Assembly (NCBI GenBank): GCA_017654855.1
Contig: CM030335.1
Span: 806,001-870,000 of the forward strand
DNA from: Podospora anserina
Lineage: Eukaryota
Length of the DNA stretch: 64,000 nt
Direction of reading: 5' to 3'
Shown: positions 25,847 through 37,520 of the stretch, piece after piece
Position numbering within the stretch: the first letter of the stretch is position 1
How the letters are laid out: each line of letters begins with the position of its first letter
The notes under the pieces: generated by a model
What the model saw: only the letters and a program-made list of their open reading frames with translations
Database searches by the model: none
What the model was told of the DNA's origin: nothing
Made by a program: the position numbers and the translations under genes

Positions 25847-28107
25847 ATGATCTTCCGTAGGGCTGCAGCAGTTCTCGGAGGCATCTTGGCGCTAGGTCAA
25901 GGTGCCTGTGTGAAGGCTGCCCTCTCCACCTCCAATACCATCTTAGTCCTGGCCCGTGATGCCGCTTCCGCCACCTCGGCCACCTCTGGCCTCCAGGGCT
26001 ACGGCATCCCATACGAGGTCCTCCTTGTACCTCAGTCCGGTGCCGCTCTGCCTCCGCTCAACTCCTCAGCAGAGTCCGGCAACTACGGTGGCTTCATTGT
26101 GCTCAGCGAGCTGGCCTATAACCTTCCCGGTGGCTGGGGCAGCGCCGTCACCCCCGCCCAATGGCAGACCATCTACAACTACCAGACCACCTTCGGAGCT
26201 CGCATGGTGCGTCTCGATGTGTTCCCCAGCACCGATCTTGGTGTCACTCTTGCCGTCCCGAATGCTGGGTGCTGCAACACGGGCGTCGAGCAGCTTGTCA
26301 GCATCAGCTCGACCACTGATTTCCCCACGGCCAACATCAAGACGTGAGTGCCTGCCAACCTTGAGATATCACGAAGCACAGCCCGGCTAACCATGCACGC
26401 AGCGGTGCTGGTGTGAGCACACAAGGTCTCTGGCACTACCCAGCCACCATCATCAACTCTACTCTTGCCAAACAGGTGGCTACTTTTGCTCCTTCTTCGG
26501 ATGGCACCTTCACCACCACCACGACTGCTGCCATCATCAACGACTATGGACGTCGGAAGCAGATGGTCTGGTTCATGTCGTGGGCTACCGACTGGGCCCA
26601 GGGTCCCAACTTCCTGCAGCACGCCTACATCCACTGGTTGACCCGCGGTGTCTGTAAGTGCTCTTTCGTTTTCTTGTCGATACCTGCCCGAAAATGCTGA
26701 CTCGGTCATGCTTCAGTCCTCGGAAAGCGCAAGATCTATCTAAGCACGCAGGTGGATGACATGCACTTGGCCACGGGCTTGTACCGCCCAGTCAACACCG
26801 AGTTCCGTGCTCGCGTGAGCGACATGGTCCAGCATGCTACCTGGCAAACCAACCTCAACTCCCGTCTTCCTGCCGGGTCCAACTACTTTGTCGAGATTGC
26901 TCACAATGGCAACGGTGACATCGAGAACGCCATCACTCAGCCCGGCGGAACCACCACGTGCAATCCCAACGAGCCCGTGTGGTACGATACACCACCCGAT
27001 ACTCCTCTCGAGTTCCAGAAGCCCCTCGGCACCGGAACCAATGTCTGGCCCAGCAGCTGGACGACCTACCCGTGGTCCTTGACCTGTGCCAAGCTGGATC
27101 CCCTCGCCACCTGGTTCAACACCAACCCCAACACCTTTGCCCACCTGTCCCACACCTTCACTCACCTGGAGCTCAACAACGCCACCTACTCCGACGCCGA
27201 CAAGGAGATCAAGTTCAACAAGGCCTGGCTCCAGCAGCTCGGCCTCTGGACAGCCAGCAAGGTCTCCCAAGCCGGCCTTGTTCCTCCTGCCATCACCGGC
27301 CTCCACAACGGCGATGTCATCCGCGCCTGGTGGGACAACGGCATCCGCTACGTCGTCGGCGACAACACCCGGCCCCCCCTCCGCCACCCGTCCAACTCGT
27401 TCTGGCCTCGCATCTCCAACGTCGCCGACAACGGCTACGCCGGCCTGACCATCATCCCACGCTGGGCCACCACCATCTATTATAATTGCGACACGGCCTT
27501 TTGCACCACGCAGGAGTGGATAGACACCTCGGGCGGCAGCGGTACCTTTGCCAACCTCATCAACGACGCCCGCGCCGTCAACACCCGTTACCTCCTCGGC
27601 CTCCACCACGACCCCTTCATGTTCCACCAGGCCAACATGCGCACCGGCGACGTGGACTCGTACACGGTCGGCCCCGTCACCGGCAACCTCTCTCTCCTGC
27701 AGATCTGGGTCGAGGTGATCGCGCAGGAGATGACGCGGTTGACCAACTGGCCGATTGTTACCAAGAAGCACGACGACATTGGCAAGCTGTTTGTCGATCG
27801 CCAGACTCTGGAGTAAGTTTCTGTGTCACCCCAAGTTTTAAGATTAAATGCTGACCGTCATCATCAAAATAGCAACTGCGCCCCCAAGCTGCGCTACAAC
27901 TACGCCGCCAACGGCAACACCATCACCTCTGTCACTGTCACGGCCAACGGGAACAGCTGCAGCGTCCCCGTGCCGGTGACCGTGAGGGGTGGTGCTACCG
28001 GGTCGGGGACGACGGTTGATGCTGTGGGGAGCGAGCCGCCTATCTACTGGACCACTCTGAGCGGGTCCGCGAGGACGTTGACGCTCAGCTCGCCGGCTGT
28101 TATCTAG
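25847..28107 (+). CDS. agd3: Secreted GAG deacetylase (CE18, Agd3 family, about 692 aa, 4 exons)
   Basis: Exons 25847-26343, 26403-26653, 26717-27812, 27873-28107 sum to 2079 nt. Signal peptide present. Motifs TQVDDMHL, SHTFTH, PPAITGLHNGD, IPRWATTIYYNCD, DPFMFHQAN. Divergent from ega3. Confidence 0.93.
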
Positions 28108-29073
28108 AGGTTTTGGGGAGCATTTCGTATTGTTTTTGATATCATTCATCGGAGGGTTATATAATATACCTTTGGGCTTTAAAAGGAGACTGGATGATTA
28201 TTTGTTGGGTTAAATGGTTAAATTATCATTATCTAGTGAATGAGAGACCTCTTTCAAGATGGGATTTACTGTGACGTGGTGAGGTGTGAGAAGCCTGGGT
28301 GAGAGAGCATTGTCCCTGGTAAGCTGCTGCGAGTGATAAGAGTCAGGCGTCCAGCAGGAGACATCCAGAATGTTTATTGACTTGGTCTCTTTGTATGGTG
28401 GCTTCAGGATGTAAGGTATCAGGGGGTGCTTTGTTGTTTTCTCATGAGCATTTCTCATGGAGATGCGATCCCCTTGAATTTGTGGACATACTGTGATCAA
28501 GCACGAGCAGATAATCATTTTGTTCCGCAAGTTAATCTTCACAACTGACGAATTTTTTGTTGTAAAAAGCGTTAATCACATACTCTGGCAGTTTCTAGTC
28601 TACCTCGGCTGTTTTACTTGAGGAACACCCTCTTCGATCGCACTGTCAAATCTGCAGTTCCTCCCATCGCGATTGGACAATGTTCATTCGGCGCCATGTC
28701 TATCCTCATCAAAGACTCAGTGTCGATACCTCATAATGGGGCATGCAATTATCAGAGTTCAACCCAACACAAAGAAAGCCCTGATTGCGGAATTCTTAGC
28801 GGAGCTCCTTGATTCGAAAAGCTCAAAACAGTGAAGTGTTCAACAGGTAGGCTATGGCTCTTTGTCTGCTTCCCCTTCTTTGTATCTGCTAAGTTCCCAA
28901 ACTCTACACTTTTGGCAATCACGATGGTTGCAATGTTTTTTCCACCGCCAAATGACCGTCACAGCAGCTGGATACCGCAACATAGGCTACAGAAGAATCA
29001 ATGACCGCCTATCCAAGCAGCATCACCAAGCAGCCAAAACAGCATCACCAGCCAGCCAAACAGCACACAAACC

Positions 29074-29769
29074 ATGGACGCCCGAGAAAAAACAACCCAA
29101 ATCTACCCCCTAACCGTCACCCTAACCTCGCCCTCCTCCCCCACCTCCAATCCCACCCTCTCCCTCTCCCTACCTTCAACCCTTTCCCTAAGTCGAATAC
29201 CGACCGCCCAACCATCACCCAATCTCTCCCCCCTCCCAATTTTACTCCCTGGTAATTCCCAAACAACCCTCAACCTCCCCCCATCAACCACAATCCTCCT
29301 ACTAACCAACCTCCCCTTTATCCTATCTTCCCTTCCCCCTACTATCCCCCTCCCCACTCTCCTCCCCCCCCTCCTCCCCTTCCGCCGGATCGCCATCCCG
29401 TTCCATCCCACTCTCACTCCTGAAGACCTGCTCCCCCTCTGGCCGTTCCACTTCCCTCATGTGGAGGACATATACATCATGGCAGACACTTCCACACACC
29501 CGGATACTTTACGAAGAAACAAGGCCTACCAACCAGATGTGCTGGAGAGTTTTGTCATGTTGGGGGACGGACGGGGGGGGGAAAGGAAGGCGTATGATGT
29601 CCATGGGGACGGGGAGGACAGGGCTTGGGTTATTGGGACGGGGGTCGGGACGGGGGATTGGGTTGTCAAGGGGTTGAATGAGGGGTTTTGGAGACGGGGG
29701 GTGGTTATGGGGAGGGGGGGGTTGGGGACGGGGCCGAGGGTGGGGTTGGTTGGGTTGGTTACCGAGTAG
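29074..29769 (+). CDS. Hypothetical protein (231 aa)
   Basis: ATG in a good context (AAACCATGG). It has the pyrimidine-rich 5' / purine-rich 3' composition seen in neighbouring real genes. No family recognised. Confidence 0.5.
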   Translation: MDAREKTTQIYPLTVTLTSPSSPTSNPTLSLSLPSTLSLSRIPTAQPSPNLSPLPILLPGNSQTTLNLPPSTTILLLTNLPFILSSLPPTIPLPTLLPPLLPFRRIAIPFHPTLTPEDLLPLWPFHFPHVEDIYIMADTSTHPDTLRRNKAYQPDVLESFVMLGDGRGGERKAYDVHGDGEDRAWVIGTGVGTGDWVVKGLNEGFWRRGVVMGRGGLGTGPRVGLVGLVTE

Positions 29770-30172
29770 GGAGGGGGAGTGATAAAGGGGATCATGGTGG
29801 GTGATGAGGTTTTGGGTTGGTTTTGGTTTTGTAAAGGGGGTCTTGTAGCAGGTTGGGGTTGGGGTGGAGAGGTTAATCTCCCGTCGTTTGTTGGAACTAG
29901 CTCTCAACAGAAGGAAGCTCCGGTCAAATATCACACCATTTTTGCTCTTGACGAGAATCTGTGGTCCTGATCAGGCATGACGTCGGTCCTACGAAAGATT
30001 GATCGTGCGCAACAAGACCCCTTTTCCATCCTCAGTCCCTGTCAGAGGTCATGGTGAGGTCACCCGCCGGTGTCATCACCAACCAATGGAAGTGCCCAAA
30101 ACAAGCCCCAGAGAAACATCTCGTCCACCCAACCTCTTGCGAGTTTGATGACTACCTACCTGTTTGTTAGCA

Positions 30173-31156
30173 ATGCCCCCCGAAACCACCAGCCCGTCCA
30201 CCCGGATCGCCATCGTCGGCGCCGGCTAGGTCGGCGGCGCGGTCGCCTACGCGCTCATCCTGGTCGATGTCAAGGTAGACCTTCGAGACGCCCAGGTCCG
30301 CGACCTCTCCGACGTCGCCTACGCCACCGGCGCCGGCATGCGTGTCCGTGTAGCTACGCACCACGAGGCAGGGCAGTGCGACATTGTGATGATCACTGCA
30401 GGGTCGAGATATGGGTTTGGTAAGGAAACATTCCAAACCAAAAAAAAAAAGAACCAACCCGGTTTGTGTTCCTTTGTTAAACAAATCATAGGCGAAACCA
30501 GCATCCAGCATATGCACCGCAACGCCTCGGCGATCCGGAACGTGGTCAAGGCCATGACGCCCTTCCGTTCAGACGCCATCGTCCTCGTCGTCTCCAACCC
30601 GGTCGATCTCCTCACCTCGATTGCTCAAGAGCTTGCCGGGCTGCCCAAGTTCCAGGTCTTTGGCTCCGGGACGTTCCTCGAGTCGGTCCGGATCCGGGGT
30701 TTGCTGGCGGAAAAGGCCGGGGTGGCCGCCAGCTCGATCCAGCTGTTTGTTTTGGGCGTTCATGGCGACGGTCAGGTGGTTGCTTGGTCGTCGGCGACCA
30801 TCAACGGCATCCCCCTCGACAAGGTGCTCTCGCCCGACACGTCTGGACATCAGGAGCTTGCAAAAGAGTGTAAAGAGAGAGCCGAGACCATCTTCACGAC
30901 CAAGGGGGCCACGCCGTTTGGGACTGGGTCTGTTGTGGCGAGTATCTGCGCTTCGATCCTCTTCGACAAGAGGGAGGTAAGACCCGTTAGCCATTTCCAG
31001 CCGGAATTCGATTGCTGTTTCAGCCTGCCGGTGGTTCTGGGGAGGAAGGGGATCATGAAGACGATTGAGATGCCGCTGGGGAGTGACGAGAATGCCGCCA
31101 TTGCTAGGTCTGCGCACCGGCTGAAGAGCACGATAGAGCTTACGGATAAGAAGTGA
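30173..31156 (+). pseudogene. L-lactate dehydrogenase pseudogene
   Basis: ATG 30173 reads MPPETTSPSTRIAIVGAG*VGGAVAYALILVDVK, with an in-frame TAG at 30227-30229 inside the GxGxxG motif. About 10 codons appear to be missing between YALIL and VDV. Intron 30420-30491. LDH motifs ITAGS, VVSNPVD, GSGTFLESVR, LGVHGD, KGATPFG. Confidence 0.85.
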
Positions 31157-31209
31157 GGAGATGAGCTGTATATACATGTTTTACATACATACCTACGCAA
31201 GGAATGCTC

Positions 31210-33674
31210 AGGGCTTTCACTATCAACTACATGTCTCTTAACAGCAAGAAAGCTGTCAGGAATCACCGAAATGGAATCAATCCCAGCCTGGACCAAAAAC
31301 CTCGCAAACTCTGGGTGATCACTCGGCGCCTGCTCACAAATGCCCACCTTTGACCCCCTCTCCCTCGCCACCCGGATCACCCTCGCAATCATCCACTTGA
31401 CCGCCTCATCCTGCTCATCAAACAAATCAGCCAACAACCCCGAGTCCCTGTCCACCCCCAAAGTCAACTGCGTCAAGTCATTCGACCCGATGGAAAACCC
31501 GTCAAAATGCTCCGTGAACCTCTCGGCCAAGATAACATTCGACGGTATCTCGCACATGACATAAACCTTCAGCCCTCCCTCCCCGCACCGCAGCCCATTC
31601 TCCGCCATGACATCCAGCACCTTCTTCGCCTCGTCCACCGTCCGGCAGAACGGCACCATCACCACCGCGTTGGTGAACCCCATCACCTCGCGCAGCTGCT
31701 TGATGGCCCGGCACTCGAGCGCGAAACCGTCGCGGTAGCGCGGGGAGTAGTCCCTCGACGCGCCGCGGAAGCCAAGCATGGGGTTTTCTCCCAAAGGCTC
31801 AAACTCAGCGCCGCCGATCAGGCCCGCGTACACGTTTGTCTTGAAATCGCTGAGCCGGATGATGGTCGGTCTGGGGAAAAAAGTCGCGCAGAGGCCGCCA
31901 GGCCGTGGGCGAGCTTGTCGACAAAGTAATCCGGTTTGTGGGGGTACCCAACCGTCAGCTTGACGATTTGGCCTTGGACCTTCTCGTCCTTGAGCCTGTC
32001 AAAATGTACCAGCGCCATGGGGTGGACCTCTATGGCGTTGGAGACGACAAACTCCATCCTTGCCAGGCCGATGCCGTCGGCGGGGAGGCGCCACCAGCGG
32101 TATGCCGCGGAGGGGTTGGCAAGATTGGGTATGATGTTTGTCCGGACGGGCGGGAGGTCGGTGAGGTCGACTGTTGTGGTGGTGATGTCGGAAACGCCCT
32201 CGTAGACAAAACCGACGTCGCCTTCGGCGCACGAGACGGTGACTTCCTGGTCGGTGTGCAGCACGTAGGTGGCGTCGCCTGTGCCCACCACGGCCGGGAC
32301 GCCAAGCTCGCGGCTGACGATGGCGGCGTGGGAGGTGCGGCCGCCGTGGTCTGTGATGATGGCTGCCGCGCGCTTCATGATGGGCACCCAGTCTGGGTCG
32401 GTTGCCACCGTCACCAGGATGGAGCCGTCGATGAACCTGTCGATGTCTTTGGCGTCTTCGATGAGACAGAGGTGGCCTGCCACCGCGGCATCACCGATCG
32501 ACAGACCCGTGGCTAGAGCACGCCCCTTCTTTTTGACACTGTACGTTTTGAGGACGGCAGGGTCCTGACGGGAGTGCACCGTCTCGGGTCGGGCCTGGAC
32601 GATGAACAGCTCGCCTGTGATGCCATCCTTGGCCCATTCCATGTCCATCCCACAGCCGTAGTGCTTCTCAATGGTGCAAGCCAAGCGTGCCAGCGCGAGA
32701 ATCTCGTCGTCGGTGAGAACAAACGCCGCGCGCTCGGCTTTGGAGGTGGGAACATTGCGAGTGGGCTGGTGGCGACTCCGTCCAAGGACCATCTTGGTCG
32801 CCTTGCCGCCTAGCTTCTTCTGGATGATGGGGACCAGACCGGTGTCGTTCACAAGCGGCTTGAAGACTTGATACTCGTCCGGGTTTACGGTTCCTTGCAC
32901 AATCTTCTCCCCAAGACCCCAGGCCGCGTTGATGAGCACGACTTTGTCGAACCCGCTCTCCGTGTCGATGGAAAACATGACGCCAGAACCACCGGCATCC
33001 GAGCGGACCATTTGCTGCACACCGACTGAGAGGGCAATGCTGGTGTGGTCAAATCCCTTGGTCTGGTGGTAGCTAATGGCTCAGTCGGTAAACAGCGTGG
33101 CACAGCATCGGCGACAGGCGTCCAGAAGTCGGTCTTCGCCAGTAATGTTCAAGTACGACTCCAGCTGGCCGGCAAAGCTAGCGTCAGGAAGATCCTCAGC
33201 CGTCGCGCTGGACCGGACGGCAACAGGCAGGTTATCAATCCGAGCCTCGGCCGAGAGCTTCTTGTAGGCGGTGGTGATGGCGGCCGCCGCATCAGCCGGC
33301 CACTCGCCGCGGATGAACAATCGACGGACTGCCCAGCCCGTCTCGGCAAGGGTCTCGCGCCCGGCCTGCCATTCCGCCAACAAACTACCAATTTTCTCTC
33401 GGATCCCGTTAGCGTCAACGTACTGCCAGTAGGCGTGAGAGGTGGTCGCAAACCCAGGCGGCACGGGAATGCCCTGGCTTGCGAGACGGCTGATCATCTC
33501 GCCCAAGGACGAGATTTTCCCGCCGACCAGCGCGACATCACCGCGTGCCAGATGTTTAAAGTCACAAACCAAGGCGGTAGACATCTTCAAGGATGTTGAC
33601 GATGGCCGGATACAGCCGTACCGCAAGATGAGAGTCGGCGGGAGGTGACGAGATCGTCTTAGCATATGCTTCAT
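31210..33674 (-). pseudogene. Phosphoenolpyruvate synthase (pyruvate, water dikinase, PpsA-like) pseudogene
   Basis: Motifs VAVRSSATAEDLPDASFAGQ, QQMVRSD, DMEWAKDG, VQARPETV, GGRTSHAAIVSRELG, ENPMLGFRGASR, MCEIPSN, FSIGSNDLTQ. In-frame TGA at 33081-33083 (TD*AISY). Frameshift near 31890. The frame runs on to 30850 without a stop at the expected end. The 3' coordinate is approximate. Confidence 0.9.
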
Positions 33675-34163
33675 GAGAGAAAGCTTTGGTAGAGAGTTCT
33701 AGACCTTACAAGCCACTCATTACTCGGACCATTTGGGGGGTGCAGAGGAGGAGGAGAGGTGTCCAGCTCACTCGCTGTGTCCATCCACAATACCTCCGTT
33801 GTCATGACTCCGCGATGGAGTGATCATCCGGTCGTCGCACCGGCGTAAAGAAGAGCCATGTTCAGGATGACGTTAGCGGTTCGTATCCAGGGGTCAATGC
33901 TACGGGACACAGTATGAGGCTTACCCATTGAACGGTCTACCTTTACTAAAAGTACCTAGGTACACAATCACCCGTCCCTGTTTATGCTGAACAAGACTCG
34001 GTCTCCCAACTTTGCAAAAGCAATGAAGCGGGCCATGGAGAATATGTTGAGATAAATTAATTACTAAAAAGGAGAGGTATATAAGAACAAAAACAATAAT
34101 TGCAACACTGCCTGGCAGCAGTGTCCATCCACACTGTCGACACATTCACCGTGTTTCAATATC

Positions 34164-35564
34164 TTAACCAGACTGGTACATACCCACAGCATACACATGA
34201 GGGTTCAGCTGGGTAAGGTTGTAAGGAGTAACATAAAGATCCAAGTCTGTCAAGACCAAAAATATGGTACCGTTGACAGCCGGATCACCAGCAAACGTCT
34301 CCATGTTGGGCTGCACAGTCCAGGCGGTGTTGTTCTGGATCTCCTCCAGGGGAGTGTAAGTGACGTTGAGCTGACTGACCCAAGCGGCAAAGACAGGCGG
34401 GTTGGCACTCGTGCTTGTGATGTAGCTGTTGTTGGGGCCGACAGGGAAACCAGGCTCGTCCCACTGGAGGAAGACCTGACGGCCTGGGTAGGAGAGAGGG
34501 TTGGTGCGGTTGTTGGTGATGCCAGGGGAGCAGTTCACGCCCTCCTCAGTGCTGTTGATGCAGTCCTCGTCCTCCTCAATGTCGGCAGTGCTGAGGGTGT
34601 TGGTGTAGCCGCCAGTGGTCTCATTCCAGGCGTTGGAGCCATTGATGCGAGCGGGGTTGGGCTGGTTGAGGATGTGAAGGGCAGGGAAGTTCTGCCAGAC
34701 CAGGCGGGTCTGGTTGGCGGGACAGGATGAGATGTAAGGCGCCAGCAAGGTCCAGGCCCAGGACTGGGGGATGCCGACCTGGAACCACTCGGGCATGGGG
34801 AACAAGCCCTCAAACTGGCGGAAGATCATCTGCTGACGGGCCTCGGTGGTGATGCTCTGAAGGAGCATCTGTCCCACATCATGAGCATTGAGGTGGTTGA
34901 GGAAGCCGTAGACACCAGCTTCGCCGTACCGGGTCAGCTTCTGGGAAAAGTCAATGTACTCGCGGACATTGGTGACTGGGTAGTTGTAGCTGCACTGGAC
35001 TGGAGCAGAGGGGCCGAGCATGTTGCTGAGAAGAGTGGCATGGCCTACTTCTTGCTCAGCCATGAACTGGAGAAGGTAGCGGTCCTCAGCCTTCAGACCA
35101 GCCTCCTCGAACTCCTCTTCAGAAAAGGTCGCAAGGCCCCAGTGAAAGAGATCGAGCTCGATCCATTCTTGGTAGAGTGCCAGGGCAATGGACTCGTAGT
35201 CAAAGTCGGAGAGCACGCGATACACAGGGGCGGATCCGTTCGTTCCCACACCGCCGGAAGGCGTGTATGGTGCTGGGAGCGGAGCGTGCAGCTCGCCGTC
35301 ACTTGGATAGTCAAACGCGTTCGGTCCAGGGGGCAAAGCTGGGATGGAGGGGGCAAGAACATCGGTGGTCTTGGCTCCAGTGGTGGTGGGTGGTGGCCCG
35401 GTGTATGGGCCGTGATCCGTAACATTGCTGTGTGGTCTGACGGGAGGAGTGAAGGCGGGTGTCGCGGTAAAAGTGGTGGTTGGCTCGGAGACGACAGGAA
35501 CTGCCAAAGACCGGACAGTTAGAGAGAGCAGGGCAGTGCCCGCGGAGAGCTTGTAGGCGACCAT
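34164..35564 (-). CDS. rds1: Rds1-like secreted ferritin-like domain stress protein (466 aa)
   Basis: Intronless ORF with a signal peptide and Pro/Thr-rich linker. Ferritin-like helices ALYQEWIELDLF, MAEQEVGHA, LTRYGEAGVYGFL, SITTEARQQMIFRQ. Confidence 0.85.
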   Translation of the reverse strand: MVAYKLSAGTALLSLTVRSLAVPVVSEPTTTFTATPAFTPPVRPHSNVTDHGPYTGPPPTTTGAKTTDVLAPSIPALPPGPNAFDYPSDGELHAPLPAPYTPSGGVGTNGSAPVYRVLSDFDYESIALALYQEWIELDLFHWGLATFSEEEFEEAGLKAEDRYLLQFMAEQEVGHATLLSNMLGPSAPVQCSYNYPVTNVREYIDFSQKLTRYGEAGVYGFLNHLNAHDVGQMLLQSITTEARQQMIFRQFEGLFPMPEWFQVGIPQSWAWTLLAPYISSCPANQTRLVWQNFPALHILNQPNPARINGSNAWNETTGGYTNTLSTADIEEDEDCINSTEEGVNCSPGITNNRTNPLSYPGRQVFLQWDEPGFPVGPNNSYITSTSANPPVFAAWVSQLNVTYTPLEEIQNNTAWTVQPNMETFAGDPAVNGTIFLVLTDLDLYVTPYNLTQLNPHVYAVGMYQSG

Positions 35565-36830
35565 GTTTGCGACCGACGGCTTGCCAGATGTGTGAGCAGT
35601 GTCTGATGTATCACAGCGTGGAGCAACACAGTGGTCAGGAGGGTGAATCTGATCTTATAACCTCCACGCGGCCCAAGCTGTCGGAGCCTTGAGCCGGAAA
35701 TCAGGCCGTCGGTGTGTATGCCCTGCTCAGAGATTTCTAACCGTCCCATCATCGACTTGATCTTCCCATTCCGGTGTCCCCGCCCAATCCGGCGGAGATT
35801 TCCTGGAAAAGGAGAGGCTGTCCTTCAAAGACATTTGAGGTCATGACGCACGATCTGCAGGTAGTCGAAAATATGGACGGTATGTCGAAGTCGTCATCCC
35901 ATTTTCTGTTCCGGCGATGCTACCCTGTGCAGGGGCAAACCCCGATCGGGGCGTCCTCTCATGGAGAAGGGGAATGGGGAGAGCGGGATGGAGCCGCATT
36001 CGCATCGATCTGTGGTTGCCGCCGTGGTTGAAAGTGGCCCAGAAGTGGCAGAGTTGAAGGGAAAAAGTGATGACATTATGATTGCGAGGAGAGCCCCACC
36101 AGGTGGCGCCAGATGTCTTGGCAGCTACCTTGGCCTGGACAACTGCCGGGGACCAAGCTCTAGGCTTTTGTTTTCCCTCAACAAGAGTCGAACAAGCACA
36201 ACGAGGTAAAGATATCGTTGCACAAAGAGATCGCTCAATCGAGATTCCGGGCTAGACGACCGGAGGAATGCTTCCGCGGCCGGCGTGGCTGAACAGGGTT
36301 CACTTCTGTTGATCAACGATGGGTGGCTTGGCGCTGGCGATGATAAGATGGGCAAGATTGATAAGATTAGGCCACACAGCTTATCATGGCTACGTCCGCT
36401 GATTGGCCATGCCGACTTATAACCTCGTGCTTGCATTAAATGCAATGTCATGCGATGTTGACTGAATGTCCCTGAATCAGATATGTTGGATATGTATATT
36501 CAATCATCCGATGACAATGGTCATAAGTAGATCAATCATCAAGTCTTTGTACAATCACCAACTACAACCAAATACACATACCCCTTTCCTCAGCTTCACC
36601 TTTTTTTCCCCCATTCATTCAGCTCCCGCCTTCCTCTCCTTCTTCGCCCTCTCCTCCTTCCACTGCTCAAACAGTTCCCTCTCCCCCTTGAACTGCTCAA
36701 ACAGCTCCTTCTCCATCTTCTCCCTCGCCCTCTTCCTCTTGAGCGCCTTGAGCCCCCACGCCCGCTCCACCGCGTCCAGAAAAGTATTCTTGAGCAGCTC
36801 TCCAAACTTCTTCACAAAGAACGTGAATCG

Positions 36831-37520
36831 TCATTTCGGCCTCTTCCCCTCATACCAAGGGTTGAAGTACACCGGCTCGAAATCATTCGCCGGATCAGGC
36901 AAGTGCTGCTCAAACCTCCCCGTGTAATTGAGGTACTCGGGCGCCTCATAGTCAAACAGCCAGTCGTTATTGCTCTTCTTGATATTCGTGCACTGCTCCC
37001 ACTCGCTCCCCGTCATCCACCCGTTGTCGCACTCCCCGTCCTTGCACCGCCTGTCAAACCCGTACGTCTTCTTTCCCTTGCCGTCATACCACCAGCCCGT
37101 GTGGGACCCCTTGGCAATGCGTATTTGCCTCCAGGCCTCGTACATCTCGCGATGGTCACAGGTGAGCTCGCCGCCCTCCTTCTTGCGGTTACCCTCGCGG
37201 ACGACGGCTTCGATCTCGTCTTCGAACTTGTCGCCCTTCTTGCGGTAGTTGCAGAGGTAGGCGACCGAGCTGCCGATGGTGCAGCGGATCTTACCGTAGA
37301 TGGGCACGTTGCGGCGGGCGCAGATTTGGTCGTGGAGGCACTCGATGGCTTGGTGCATCTCGCAGTCTTCGATTTCATTGTACGAGCCCCAGATCTCGGG
37401 CCCGTTCAGGTCTTGTTTGTTGAAGGCGGGGAGGGGGGATACCGTCGCCGCGGGGGCGGCCGCGGCGGCGACAATGGTGGAGTAGCATGCTCCTGAGAGG
37501 AGCAGGGGGAGGAGATGCAT
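36831..37520 (-). CDS. Secreted Cys-containing hypothetical protein (229 aa to the first stop; the frame continues to 36615)
   Basis: ATG 37520, signal peptide MHLLPLLLSGACYSTIVAAAA, TATA-like TTTTATAT just upstream, strong GC3 codon bias. Core CTIGSSVAYLCNY ... TGWWYD..KKTYGFD. Confidence 0.75.
   Translation of the reverse strand: MHLLPLLLSGACYSTIVAAAAAPAATVSPLPAFNKQDLNGPEIWGSYNEIEDCEMHQAIECLHDQICARRNVPIYGKIRCTIGSSVAYLCNYRKKGDKFEDEIEAVVREGNRKKEGGELTCDHREMYEAWRQIRIAKGSHTGWWYDGKGKKTYGFDRRCKDGECDNGWMTGSEWEQCTNIKKSNNDWLFDYEAPEYLNYTGRFEQHLPDPANDFEPVYFNPWYEGKRPK

Noticed and set aside
26740..27771. 343-aa minus-strand ORF
   Set aside because: Antisense shadow of agd3.
30227..30229. LDH TAG as an A-to-I corrected premature stop
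   Set aside because: Editing would place Trp in the GxGxxG motif. The gene also has an apparent deletion and its partner is broken, so CAG>TAG decay is simpler.
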